A stretch of DNA of 62,982 nucleotides, counting the filler, from Choristocarpus tenellus KU-1152 (lineage: Eukaryota; Protista; Phaeophyceae), in NCBI GenBank assembly GCA_964200185.2. It is 11 parts of 11 records of this genome, joined end to end, with 100 filler letters (N's around TTAATTAATTAA, not from the genome) between each part and the next. Parts side by side here need not be neighbours in the genome. Positions count along the whole stretch, not along the records: positions 12,382 to 15,847 come from CAXNAD020019841.1; positions 15,948 to 20,213 come from CAXNAD020015401.1; positions 20,314 to 24,949 come from CAXNAD020013694.1; 8 more parts are not named here. One strand, given 5' to 3'. The position numbers were made by a program, and so were the translations under genes. This document shows, in pieces, positions 12,282 through 24,812 of this stretch; positions within the stretch are counted from its first letter, which is position 1; the number at the start of each line of letters is the position of its first letter. Below the pieces are notes generated by a model. That model did not search any database. It was not told where the DNA came from and saw only the letters and a program-made list of their open reading frames with translations.

Positions 12282-12381
12282 NNNNNNNNNNNNNNNNNNN
12301 NNNNNNNNNNNNNNNNNNNNNNNNNTTAATTAATTAANNNNNNNNNNNNNNNNNNNNNNNNNNNNNNNNNNNNNNNNNNNN
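12282..12381. other. Artificial 100-nt contig spacer N44-TTAATTAATTAA-N44 (first of ten)
   Basis: Identical spacers at 12282, 15848, 20214, 24950, 28535, 36546, 44178, 53805, 57089 and 60157. The 12-mer places stop codons in all six frames. A separate 10-N gap lies at 62162-62171. Confidence 0.98.
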
Positions 12382-14014
12382 GGAGTAGGAAAATGTCATG
12401 AAAAATACCATGGGAAGCCGAGCTCCAAATGAACAAACAGGGCAAAACTCGTACTCCCTTACCTCCGGTGGCGTATAGGTGTTGCTGACAACCTCTTTGC
12501 TCCTTGTTTGGTGTGATGTGGAGTTGAATCACCCACGGCCTTTCGAGTAGAGGTTCCTGATTGATGCCACCCGGTTGTCATCAAGGCTCTTGACTACCTG
12601 CTAAGATGAGACAATTATTTGGTGCGTGCATGGAGTTGCCACAAGTTGGTTAGAGAGAGAGAGAGAGACAGAGAGCATAGGGAGGTAAGGAGTCTGCCTT
12701 CAGTTGACACAAAAAAGGCATTTGCACAAGCGTTAACGAGAGAAAAGAAGAGACGCTGTGTGTTATGGTCATTTTCTCGAAAATGTAATGCTCATTGATC
12801 CTTAACCCGACAATACCGATCCGAAAGATGGACAGAATTTGGCTATAATTTTGAAGTTGCAAAAAGTCTCCCGCATGAAAGGATCTGCACCTCAAGTACA
12901 CCTCCCAAAAATAGTGTAAATCCCATACCCACATGATGCAACGACAGTGCTGTGTGCAACCCTCAAAAGAGAAGCTACCTATTATGGAGTACTGGCTACT
13001 GAAAGGAAATTGGAGAACCATGTGTGCTTTGAGAAACTCAAGTGCCCCTAGCTATGCCTTGACAGCAAGCTCTCCTTGCAGCACATACTACTAATACCAC
13101 ACCGCCATTCACGCAGTAAATGCATGTATATGCTACACATGTATCAATAGGTCACTCAAGTAGCAGTGGAGATAATTGTCATCTTGGGTTGGGGGCGGCT
13201 TTTTCAGACTGCTTGTTGTCCACATACACCAAACAGCATTCAGAAAGAATCCCCACAAGTCCAGATAGAATATTCTCTCTTGAATCGCTGCCATGCTTGA
13301 GGATATCAACCTCTATGAACCACAAGTCAGGCATGCATCCATCCAATAAGGACAGATGAACCAAGCACAAGGAGGGGGGATGAGAAGGGTTGGTTCATGC
13401 GGCAGTGAGGTAAGTCTTTGATGAGTTCACAAAAGGTGTGCTTGTGCAAGGGGATCCACAGACTCAAGTACACCACCAATCACACAGCCTGGAGCAGAGG
13501 GCACAGTGCGCTTACGTCTAAGAAAATATCCAATCAAATCTAGTCCCTCTTCCATCTTGTTCAGTGCCGGTCATCTTCAACTTGATAGAATCGTGTTGAT
13601 TCCATGGCCACATTTTGCAACAAGAAATATTGTAGTATTAGGAACTAATAAGAGAATAGTATAGTATTCTCTATTGACACAATTTTAGAATGTTACCCCA
13701 TTGACAACAGCATTCATTGCATTCACTTCAGACAGAGTCTTGATGTCCTTCTGACATGGGACCTTTCCGGACCATTTTAATCTCTTCCCGCCCCAAAGAG
13801 GGCCAGGCACTAGTGGTTCGGGGGAGTGGAGGAGACGGGTCGGGTAGGGTGGGGTGCTTCACATATTTGAATCCACCAAGTCCCTTGAATAGCGAAGCCT
13901 GTGAACACGAAATATTTATGGAGATTTCTTCTCGGTGTCAATATAAATACATATGTATGTATATTATGTATATATATATGTATGTATATTACGTATTGAT
14001 GACAATCACTACAC

Positions 14015-14257
14015 CTCCATGAACCGGCTCACATTGTCTGGACTGATGAGAGGAAGGTTGCGTGCATCACAGGTTGAGAATGCCGCGGGGTCTAGCACCG
14101 CAGGAACTCTCACCCTGGTCTTTGCCAGCTTGATGATGTTCAACTTCTTATCGAATGTGTACCTTGGGCAATGGAGGATGAGGTCATTTGGTAGATTTGA
14201 CCACTTAACTGCAATGCGCTCCATCGGCCCCGAACAATACGGGCACATTCTTCTCTT
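14015..14257 (-). pseudogene. Isolated exon resembling a ubiquitin-specific protease (peptidase C19) finger/palm segment
   Basis: CPYCSGPMERIAVKWSNLPNDLILHCPRYTFDKKLNIIKLAKTRVRVPAVLDPAAF matches the USP pattern CxxC...LP..LilhLkRF.fd...K...V.fP..LD. It is bounded by ttttcag| and |gtgtag. No Cys or His box was found nearby. Confidence 0.5.
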
Positions 14258-14831
14258 CTGAAAAGGTCGGATTGTAGACAGGTGAGAGTGAAGGGTTGGA
14301 AGGGAACAAGTGAAAACGACACAGGAGAGGGCAGATTATGTCCAAGGAGATACCCTGATGGGAACAAGAGGCAACACAAATTCAACAAATGAAAGCATAG
14401 GCATCTGGGCCTGGAAAAACCAGTGTATGATGCCAGACTAGAAGAAAGGGAAAACCCCCCCAGAAAGGCCACTTGCATGCCGCTATCAGTAAAATACTTC
14501 CACTCATGACTAATTGAATCGCGGTGTGAATTTAATTTATATTCTTTATCAACTTTTCAAGCAACCACGAGTATTGTTTGTTGCTTGTGTGCAGATGTGC
14601 ATACAAGTATTCAATAGCGCTCTGTCAAGCACTATTTTCTAAAATATTTTAATTTACAAACTTTTTGCAGCACAAGCTTCAAGCAACAAAAACATCAACT
14701 CTGATCCTGTTGCCACTAATGACAATGATTCTGTAATTTATGCAAGTCTTTTATTAAAATAATCTGTTTTGGCTAATCTTGTTTCAAGCAAATCAACATG
14801 CAATGAGAGAGTTGGTTTAATGAGGCCAGAT

Positions 14832-15020
14832 GAGCGTAAGTATCTTAGAGGGTAGAGCCGCGTCTATATCTATGTTTCGGACACGCGTTTTCATAACGTA
14901 TACTTTTTACCTACCCTGAAACATTCTGGAGCAGGAATATGTCATAACAACACCCATGGGAAGCCAAGCCCCAAATGGACAAACAGGGCAAAATTCGTAC
15001 CCTCTAAGATACTTTCACCC
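14832..15020. mobile_element. MITE family A (internally deleted copy)
   Basis: TIRs GAGCGTAAGTATCTTAGAGGGTA and TACCCTCTAAGATACTTTCACCC; 4-bp TSD AGAT on both sides. Confidence 0.85.
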
Positions 15021-15959
15021 AGATATGGTAGAAGGTACAGTAGTATTTTTTGGAATACAAGCTGCAGGATCTATTCCGGCAATGGTTGGCTTTACTTAAG
15101 GTCTGTCAAATATTCTTACCTCCTGCAAAAGCTGCAAAAATTAAAGCTACGGTTAGGGATGATACTCATATCATTGATCTACAACAAACAGTGCCCCTCA
15201 TGCAGGCTGCATTGAAGAAAGTTTACGAAACTATCGCTAAAAAAAAAATGATCAGGTACTTTTTGTTAGCAGTAAGGTCCAAGCTACAGACTCAATCGTA
15301 GAATATGCTGATAAATGTCCTCATCTGCGTTGAGCCTACTGGGCTTACCAGTCCTTCTAACTCAAGGTCCTTGACAATTGCACTGCTGATGCTGTCGACC
15401 TGGGGTGACCCAAAGTCAAGCTTGACTTGACGGATCAGCTCTGCTTCTTCCTCCTCCTTGAGCAGAACTGGCGCGCCCTCTTGGTCCGTACAGCCTCCTG
15501 TGCACTTGTACGCGGTCTAGCAGGGCAGGGTGTTGTGGAATCAGTGTGGAGGGTCTCGCGCGTCAATACAAGCCTTCTTGGGAACTAGATTGTTGATGGT
15601 GGCCGTGGTGAGTTGTCCAACTCCTGCTCAATGTGAGCCCTTCCAGCAGGCTTCTTCATCTGTGGAAAACACACCTCAAGAGCAGACTCTGGGTGAATTT
15701 CTTAGCGTGAGGTGACAATTTACCTTGAGCGTGTGTTCAATCAACTGGTATCCCCAAATGGTTTTATCAAGCGCCGTGAATTAGTTGTCTTACCTCAACC
15801 TTCCCCTGAAGGTGCTGTGTGGGCCCTGGGACTGTGCCCGTCCGGTCNNNNNNNNNNNNNNNNNNNNNNNNNNNNNNNNNNNNNNNNNNNNTTAATTAAT
15901 TAANNNNNNNNNNNNNNNNNNNNNNNNNNNNNNNNNNNNNNNNNNNNGCCCTTACAAGT

Positions 15960-16058
15960 GCAAAAACAGTTGCAAAAAAAAAACTTTTTTCAAGACCGTT
16001 TTCGCAGAACAACCATCCTCATAGCCCCGCTCCATCCTCAATTTTTAAAATCCACTGT
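15960..16058 (-). mobile_element. Terminus of a dispersed repeat (family F, ACAGTGGATTTTAAAAATTGAGGATGG...), cut by the contig edge
   Basis: Reverse-complement match to 44117-44177; both copies run into a spacer. Confidence 0.6.
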
Positions 16059-17677
16059 TATAGGTACGATCCAGTAGCACCAATCGACATTTCAGTCAGT
16101 ACAATCTCACAGAAGGTACGATGACTTGGATGAACCACCCAATGAGCAGCTTGATGCCAGGGTTTTTGCTGAGCAAGTACGGGCTGGAGACTGCATGAGG
16201 GGCTAGGTACCATGTTGAGGACTCATAATACTGATCCGAGCTGAAAGAAGTTGAGGGTTTGCTCTTGTTGGATAGGTACCGGGGGAATCTATGTTGTGTA
16301 CTAAAATGGTTATTGGAGGATTTTGGTTCTGTACTGAATGAAGGGATAAAGCGTCACCATCGTATGTACTTTCGTCCTTTTTTTTGTTAGGTCTTTGTTT
16401 TTATTATGTAGTTTGAGGGGATCTAGTATGCACAATGCATCGTTACAGTAGTATGACAAGATTTCTAGTGTTGTGAATTGTGGAGATTGAACATGATTTG
16501 GTTCTGCTAGTTGCGGTTTCATCTAAATCGAATATCTTCTGGTCGATTGTTAGATTATTCTCCATTTTCTTCTCTTAGAATATGTAGAGGAGGGAACAAG
16601 AACGACATCAAGGACACAATCAACCACACAAGTTCCAAACATATTTCTAACCAGGCTAAGTCATTAGTGTGCCCTCTATCCAGAGGGTCTCATCTGTCGC
16701 AATCATAGCAACTAGCAGGAAGTGGGGTAGATGTTACAGGTTAAAGTTGTGCAATTTACCTTGGGAGGTAATGCTATTTATCAGCAGTGAAGACAAGAAG
16801 GTGTGAAGCCTCACACGACCCCCTTTGCTGAACGTGAAGAAAATGGGTGGAAATAGAAGAGTGACCTTTGTGTTGTGTCTCCTCATTGCTTGTTTATTAT
16901 TATTTGTGCTTCCTACATAAGTCAACGATTATGTCAAAGTAGTTGAATGCAAAATAAAAGCCCATACATATTCCCATTCATAATCCTGATGTACTTTCGT
17001 ATTAGTTACATCACACGGACTCAATCAAAATGATAATCTCTCATACACCAAATAAGGTAAACCTCTCTATATTCCTATTTTTCACTAAAATATCCCCCGA
17101 CCCATGTATGGATAGGAGTGATAATTAACGGGGTAGTAATAAAAGTTGTAGAGGAGACATTATCTTAAGCAGATGGGACGATCATAAATCTTATAGCAAC
17201 ATGGTCTATAGAGCCAATTCCTACCCATCAATTCATATACAAGAGCAAATATGCATTACCAACAATAATGCCTCTTCTATATATATTCTAAACGTATACT
17301 ACTGGTTATCTACACTTTAGTTGGGAGAGTGTATGAAGAGGGAGTTTCATTGCAAGGTCGAAACGGTACTTAATTAATCAAATAGACTCAAATATCCCTC
17401 CTTCATACTTTTTTGTGTAACGCCAACGGTCAGATAAAACAACCTGCCTCGGATCTGATAATTCAGCTTGTACAGAGTAAGGCTGCTGTTTGTGACAGTA
17501 TGGAAGAGAGAAAAGATGGGAGCCTCACATGATGATTCCCCTTTGCTGAATTATTACGTATGGTAGGACTTGATTTACCACCTGTTCAATCTAGAAAGAA
17601 TCACTAGCAAGAGGTAATGACAACGTCTGAGAAACCTCCATCACAATACTGAAAAAATATCCATCATGTGAACATCA

Positions 17678-18670
17678 ATGTACTTGTTTGTCTACCGCCT
17701 TAGCCACTGCACGTCCTGGACATTGTTTTGCTTTGTGTCCACGTCCATTATAAGTATAGCCTGTACCTGAAAATTTGCCTGTTACAGGTGGGGAAGGAAT
17801 AGACGGACAAACAGAAATGCAGTGTGGTCCACAGCACTTCAAACAGTTTACTCCATGACCATGATGTAGAGCGTGATCCATGCTTAAAATTCGGGCTTCC
17901 ACTAGACATCACCGCTTAATTTTAGTTCCCAGTATCACCGTTCCAAAAAATCTTGTTCATCCTGCAGGTAAGGCGAGCCCTCTTCTGAAGTTGCAAAACG
18001 TTTGACCCACACATCGGAAATCTGCGGATGTCGGTCGTGTAGTCCGTAGCAAAACAGATGTGAATGGCTGTCAGCTAGTCTTTCTCATGAGGCTCGACTC
18101 CAAGACTTGTCAACTTCTTCAACAGTTTATCCATCTGTTGAATAATTTCTCCAGGATCCTCCCCAATCGGTAGATGCAGTTCATGGACCTTGGTCCTCAA
18201 GATTGCTTGTTCGGTAGTACCATCTCTTTCGAAATGATCTCGAATTGTCTGGAACCCTTCTGACGGGGGCTATCATGGTTGTCAATAATGTCGAGTGCAA
18301 GTCCACCTACATTCATAACTAACCCAGCCAATGCCGTGCTGGCTTCTTGACTTCCCGGCGTGTCCACCTTGAGGTGTTGCTTCCCTCCAGGCCTACCCCG
18401 ATGTGGTCTTTCAGTTCATAGTGTGTCTATCCACCCACCAATGGCAGCTCAAGTTAACAATCGTTTCTTGTTGGGAAATCCCTCCCCATCATCCTCACCA
18501 TTGTACACCACAAAGTTGGAGGGAAGTGGGAGGAGGCGCTGCAAGTCCACTCGCGGGGTCCTTCTTGAAGTTGTGATTCCCCTTCTTGCTAGGTCCTCAT
18601 CATAGAAGCCGTGTACTTCCACCTCAACATTATTATCCTCCATGCTCACGTTACCGACAGCAGACGCCAT
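17678..18670 (-). mobile_element. Decayed Ty1/Copia gag region
   Basis: EQAILRTKVHELHLPIGEDPGEIIQQMDKLLKKLTSLGVEP resembles Copia gag (UBN2-like). It is followed by degenerate zinc knuckles CLKCCGPHCISVCP and GYTYNGRGHKAKQCP, with in-frame stops and frameshifts. Confidence 0.7.
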
Positions 18671-20785
18671 GGAGACTTTGTCTAACCGATTTACTACTAC
18701 CTTTCTTGAGATATCAACACTAGAGTTATATTGTAGTAGGTACAAAGTTGGATTCAGAAACACTATCTAAGGCTGTTGTACTTCTAACCAAATCATTCAT
18801 ATTCTATGGATCAGTAGACACTAATCACACAGATTACTTCCAACAATGCTTCCTTTTCCTGAAATCTTCCATATTCAAGTTTTTAAATCCAAACACATCC
18901 CCTTTCCTTCAGAACACAAACAATGTCTCATCATCCTTAGTTTCTTCCACAGAATCATATTTTACACATGAACATAATCCTATATAAGGATATCGAATCT
19001 ATATGCTAAAAGGTTGTAAACAGATATTATATTTTCAACCAATAAACGTTGAGCATGTGAATAATACATTAGATGATCAATGTCCTGTTCACATGCATCT
19101 GTTATAGTTTGGAACAACTAAGCTTCAAAACATTTGAGTAGTGATTGTGCGGTACAAAAGAATGTTTAGATGCCAAATCGCTCTGTATATACGGAAAAGG
19201 TTCTGAAATATACTATGGTTCAAAACTGAGATAGGGAAATGTGTAATAAAAGGAAAAGTGCATATGGAAGGGTGGGGAGTTTGTGTGGGAAGAGAAAGAA
19301 AGGTTGGATTCGCAGATTTGTGAAACAGATGGAAACAAGCCGACAGGACAGATTCTTCGTACTGAAGGGGAGGGGTAATATCCACAAAAGAAAGGAACTG
19401 GAGAGAGACAAGACAAGAGGTAGAACGATCCCTCAGATGATCACTCAAGAAAGAGTGAACAAGTGGAAAGTGAATGAGGAGGTTTGAAAGGTCCCCTCAA
19501 ACCAATTTGCATTTACCTCAAGCAGATGTTGCCTTCAATATGCAAAAACAAATGTCAAAAGAATGTCAGATTTCAATATAGTAAACCTTCAAGTAAACCT
19601 TTTTTGGAAGATGGTCCTCGCATCGCCCCCCCTCCTATGTGATTTGATGCATCTATCAAAACAATGCAGGTGTCAATGGGAAATGGAGGAATTGTGTGTG
19701 CAGAATAACTGACATGAGCATTGAAAAAAAAAGAATAGTCTTCTCAACAAGGAAATACTGTCTTGTAAGACAGCTGTGTAGACAAAAATACCTATGTATT
19801 TACAAGAAGGCAGAGCAAAAAGAGTTTTCTTGAGGCCTCAGAACTTGGCACTCATAACTAAGATTGATTTGGTAGCAACCATCATCTATAATGTGGAGGG
19901 GAAAACATAGGAGACTCCTGTAATAGGAAGCGCAGAAATCGTGATCAAATTACAGCTGTTCATCTGTAGTACCACCAAGCATTAAATACTTGCGTATAAA
20001 ACATTTAACAGCATATCATATGGATGTTCTAGTCAATCAGTAAAAAAAAAAGTGAAAAAAGAACGTCAATTTAAAAACATGGACAGACACAAGAATGGAG
20101 TTGGTCATACACCATCACTGAAAAAACTGTTGAACAAAACAGTTGTCCTCCTGAAAAAAAAAAAAAAACGTGTGCAAGCGTCATTTGGAAAAAATGATCT
20201 CGGGTCTACCCCTNNNNNNNNNNNNNNNNNNNNNNNNNNNNNNNNNNNNNNNNNNNNTTAATTAATTAANNNNNNNNNNNNNNNNNNNNNNNNNNNNNNN
20301 NNNNNNNNNNNNNACATGAAAAAATTGACCCCAAATGGACAGTCGTCACCCCCTCCCAGATACTTTGACCGATGACCACCCAACACAGATGTAGAAAACT
20401 GGACCTAGCAAACACAGGGAGGGGGGGATCTAAGAATTGGCCTTATAGTATAACTCTACACAGGAGAGAGTTTACTGTATATATTTAACATGGATCAGGT
20501 GACAAGCAGTTGAGGGATATGTTTCGTGGAGTCCTGCAATGCCCGCCCTGGTAATATATGCTTGGGGAATATTGGGAGAAAGCATACTCTGGTATTAGAA
20601 TATGATGTTTATCTAGTCAGGTTTACCCTTCAATGCAGGGTTTAGGGCCATGTGTACACCATGCTTGAGCGGTATATATTGAAGGTTTGGGGTCATGTCT
20701 TCCTGCGGTATGCACACTGAACTCAATGACAACCCATGGCCATGCACACCCCTCAGGAAACCTAAGTGATGGTTTATCCAATCAC

Positions 20786-21613
20786 CTTCATATATGTCAC
20801 CATTCTTGAATGTGAAGGTGCCCTGCCCATGCCGCCTACAACCTCTCCAGTATCCTTCGTAGATTCCCTTCTCATCTGGAAACACAAACCTCTTGTATCC
20901 ATCCGCTGGGGGGCCAAAATCTGGAACCCCTTCTTTCCATGTCCCTGTTCGTTGTGGTTGAGAGATGACAACGAAAAGGTTCATGGTACACGGCTATAAA
21001 AATAGTGGTGAGCCACAGATCAACTGAAGACATTAATTGAAAAACCGCTCAGTGACCTCTAGTTAAGGAGAAAACGAATTAATTGGTAGGAAATGTACTA
21101 TAAATGGTTTGGTACATTGATTGTGTATTACTCGTTCATCACCCTGCACCACCACACAAGCTGATCCCAATGTACGAGGTGAAAAGTCTAGCCCCACATA
21201 TCTACACTGACCTACGAGCACTTGGTCTTGGATCTTCAATTTTCCTTCCCCGTGCATCTTGTCGTGCTCCCATTCTCCTTCGTAATGCTCACCTCCCGGG
21301 AAAATGCACTTTCCCTGACCATGGCGCTCGCCATTCCGGAACTCTCCTTCGTACAGGCACCCATTTGCTATTGTACAGAAACGAGCAGGAGAATATCTTC
21401 AGTTCCTCAAAGACAGAGAGTTGCCTCGGATTTAACAAATATCCAGGCACTTGGGGGACAATTGCCCCGTTCCTTCCTTGGAAGCCTGGTTTCATGGAGA
21501 TTGGTATCAACTAGGTATCACATCATTATGTCATTCCTCCCCCAAAGATTACGAGCTTGCCTCACCCCACTTAATTGTGCCGTGGCCGTGGAATAAGCCA
21601 CCCTCCCATTGTC
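20786..21613 (-). CDS. MORN-repeat protein, internal exons (start and end not resolved)
   Basis: Exons 21613-21566, 21367-21212 and 20944-20786 splice in frame through phase-1 introns: GQWEGGLFHGHGTIKWANGCLYEGEFRNGERHGQGKCIFPGGEHYEGEWEHDKMHGEGKLK...IYEGYWRGCRRHGQGTFTFKNGDIYEG. Confidence 0.85.
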
Positions 21614-22758
21614 CTATGTAGTCTGTACCGTCCTCAAACCTGCACGACGTAGACGAAAAGTCGACAAGGTTGAATTTGATGCAATGTCATGGAATAAGGC
21701 AAAGTGAGGCATCAAATATCTGGCTATGTCGGGAAAGATTCTGGACATTTCATGGTAGACTGCATCGTACATCCCTTTGACACACCCATAGGCGGCTCTG
21801 CCCGTCCTCGGAGCCCCCCCCATTAGTTTGTGACAGAGAAGAAACTCGGAAGTTTCGGGGGTGCTGTCACATGAATAGAACTTCTGTCCGTTTCACTGAA
21901 TGGTCAAAACAAAAAAAGTAAAAAACAGTAAACTCCACACCACACACTTCTTAACACTACTCTGTATTTTAACACTATTCAAAAGAGTAGTGACGATGTG
22001 TACTCTCGCTAAAATAATATCCTTCCACAGGACGAATCAAAGTTGGGTGGTCACCGACGGGCTCCTTGTGGAGAGTAGACCCTGTTGGGCATGTCAATGC
22101 CAGGAATCGTCAATCACAATCGTATGGGGGGTCAAAATGGAGAGGCCTTCCATACGGTAGTTGATACAATCTAATGAATGCACACGGCTTGCTACAACAT
22201 GTTGATACCAATGTCTACAACACTACTTCATCCCTCTATCACTTACGCATTTTTTTAGCAAGTTTACCCATCGTGACTTTCGTTTTGAAAGCATGCCATA
22301 CAGAATTTCAAATGAACGCAACAACCTGTCACACTCGCTAAAATGATAGTGTTAAAGAGGACCTAGCAAATTAGCATCCGAGACAGATTTAACGGCTACT
22401 TCATAAGAACGTGTTCTGAACAACAGTGTTAATAGGAAGCTACTTGAAGATTGTAATTTGGCTATAAAACCCTGAAAATACCAAACCATGATAATAATGT
22501 AAGTATCCCAGCCATCAACTCCCTTTTAGTAAAAAAAAAATGAAGGGAAGACTTACGGTGGAGGAGGAGAGATGCCAGGTTATCATCAAAATAACATATC
22601 ATAGAAGGCCACAATGGGCAGGTTGGTTGTATTATTATTGTTGGTAAAAATGTAGGGTCGCCCAGTTCAGTGACTGGGATGGTACAACAGGATGGCATAT
22701 GCATACACATGTATACCTAGAGTACATACTGGGCATGTTGCATATAGCAGGGAAACCT

Positions 22759-23018
22759 GAACCAAGGAAAACGAAAGGTGCCAAGTTTTTGTCGTTTTTC
22801 ATTTTAAGCCACCTCTTTAATCTTTTACGATTCACCCTTTGTTTCCATGAATGAGGTGCTAAGATTGACTTGAGAATGTTGATTTCTCCTACATACAGAA
22901 ATTTTCGACAGATTTCAAAAAAGTCCCTAAACGCATTTATTTGTACAAAAAGTCGATTTTTACACATTTGCCAGTATCTTTAAAGTGCAACCTGGGTACC
23001 TCTTGTTTGCTTTGCTTC
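22759..23018. mobile_element. MITE family C, diverged copy (260 bp)
   Basis: Right TIR CTGGGTACCTCTTGTTTGCTTTGCTTC; same length as, and inverted homology to, 26721-26980. Confidence 0.7.
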
Positions 23019-24555
23019 AGTCTTGAATTCCGCAAAGAAGTAAACCTTACAACCGATACGGTAAGGGCTCCCGTCGCTGCATAAGTCTTTGTTCGGGAGT
23101 GAAGGGGCCACTGTCCAACTGCTGCTGTCCTATATTGCTGAATCCAAAAGCAGTCAAAGCAGAATATTGATCAACACCTGGTAGTAGTGCACACACTTAT
23201 TTGCTGCCCACAAGCTGGAGGGCAAGTCAGGCAGAGCATAATCAAGCACATAAACACTAGTGGATGGTGAAACAATTGGGGGATACATGCATGCCCTTCA
23301 TTCGTCTACATACATCCCCCAGTTTTATCGCCATGCATGAGCTTGTATCTGTGTGTTCCCTTGATTGCCCTCCAACCAAACTGTGAGCATCAAATAAGTA
23401 TGTCCCATACCTGTTGTTCTTTTGAGTCAACATCCCACCTTGGCTACTTCTGCATCCAGCAACAGGGTATCAGGCAGGCAGAGTGTTTCTTCGTGAGCAT
23501 GTGGTGACTCAATTGGTGGGGATAGACCACCCACTACCATCATGTCACTGTTGTGGGGAAGCAGGAAGGGGCTCAGCAGGAAGGCAAAAGGGGTGAAGGC
23601 ATACCTGCAACATACTTACTGTGTTCGTAACAGCACAAGTAGCCCATTGAAGGCACGTCATACACTTCACTTGAGTAAGGAAGGGCGTTGCTTGCAAATA
23701 ACATATACTACATGCCCACTGTCATTTTGCAGGGGGAGACAAGAAGCAACTTACATATACAAAGCAGATAATATGACAACCAACGACAGAGTGTGTGTTT
23801 ATTGCTTACAATGAAGGCCTTCTAATTCTAGAATAGTAGCTGTAGTATATTTGAAGTTAAGGACCAATTCTGTCCACACTAGGAAAGCAAGTACAAGCAA
23901 GTGACTGTATTTAAACTATCTTCAGACATTCCCCCCCCTTTGCTTCTACCTCTAGTCCAACATTTTTTGATTGAAGATCATTGAAGGATGGTTGACCTAA
24001 AAGTTGGTGTACTCTTTATGCTGTCTGGCAGTGTCCTGGCGTGTGATGACCTAATTTATAGATCTAGTTAAGAATCCCCTCTGGGCCACTTTGAACATCA
24101 AGTTTATGTCACAGAGTACAGATCCCATATGGCGGTTTCATAAATGGCTATATGAATTTGCACTGTAAGATTCGGATCACAAGGATCTATGGACTTATTA
24201 GTGGTCATATTTCACATTTTTAGTATTCAGTCCTAGGTCAGAGGCAAGCCCACCTTGTTAATCTCGAAGTTTGATTCCATACTAAAGGATACTCAAGTTA
24301 TTTGGTCCAAAACTTGCAAGGCTGACCGTCAAGGCATCATCTTTCGCCTGCATAAACTGGGCGTTGAGACCAAAATCACCCAAACTCAGACATATGGGTG
24401 AGTTAGCTCGGATTGCAACCTTGTGACCACAGTGGTTTGTCAGTATGTCCACTGTTACTCCAATAACTATAACTTCTGACAGGTATTACTGGAGCACCGT
24501 GACTGCTAGCTGGTGGAGTTTCTCCTCTTTTCCCCGAGGTGCAGACCACGCATAC

Positions 24556-24812
24556 GAGTCAAAGTATCTGAGAGGATAGAGCTGCGTCCATTCGGGGATC
24601 AAAATTCAATGTTGTGATTTTGATTTAATTTCGGCTATCGTGTTTGTTAAGAAGTGTCGATATCCTTATTCTGGACACACCTTTTAATATCATACACATT
24701 TTGCCTACTCCGAAACATTTCGGGATAGGAAAATGTTATAAAAAACAGCAAGAAGTCAAGCCGCAAATGGACAAATATGGGAAAACTCGTACCCTCTGAG
24801 ATACTTTCACCC
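24556..24812. mobile_element. MITE family A, full-length (257 bp)
   Basis: TIRs GAGTCAAAGTATCTGAGAGG and CCTCTGAGATACTTTCACCC; 4-bp TSD ATAC on both sides. Confidence 0.87.

Noticed and set aside
12326-12337. Recurrent TTAATTAATTAA (PacI-like palindrome) as a biological repeat, and ORFs ending XXXX-LIN
   Set aside because: Always centred in an identical 100-nt N spacer; it is an artificial six-frame-stop linker.
15310-15700. Coding-like minus-strand segment (GAPVLLKEEEEAELIRQVKLDFGSPQVDSISSAIVKDLELEG)
   Set aside because: Interrupted by several stops and not assignable to any family I recognise.
23045-23560. Candidate upstream exons of the MORN gene (DMMVVGGLSPP..., DSSSWTVAPSLP...)
   Set aside because: Splice sites are plausible, but I could not join them in frame to the MORN exons with confidence.
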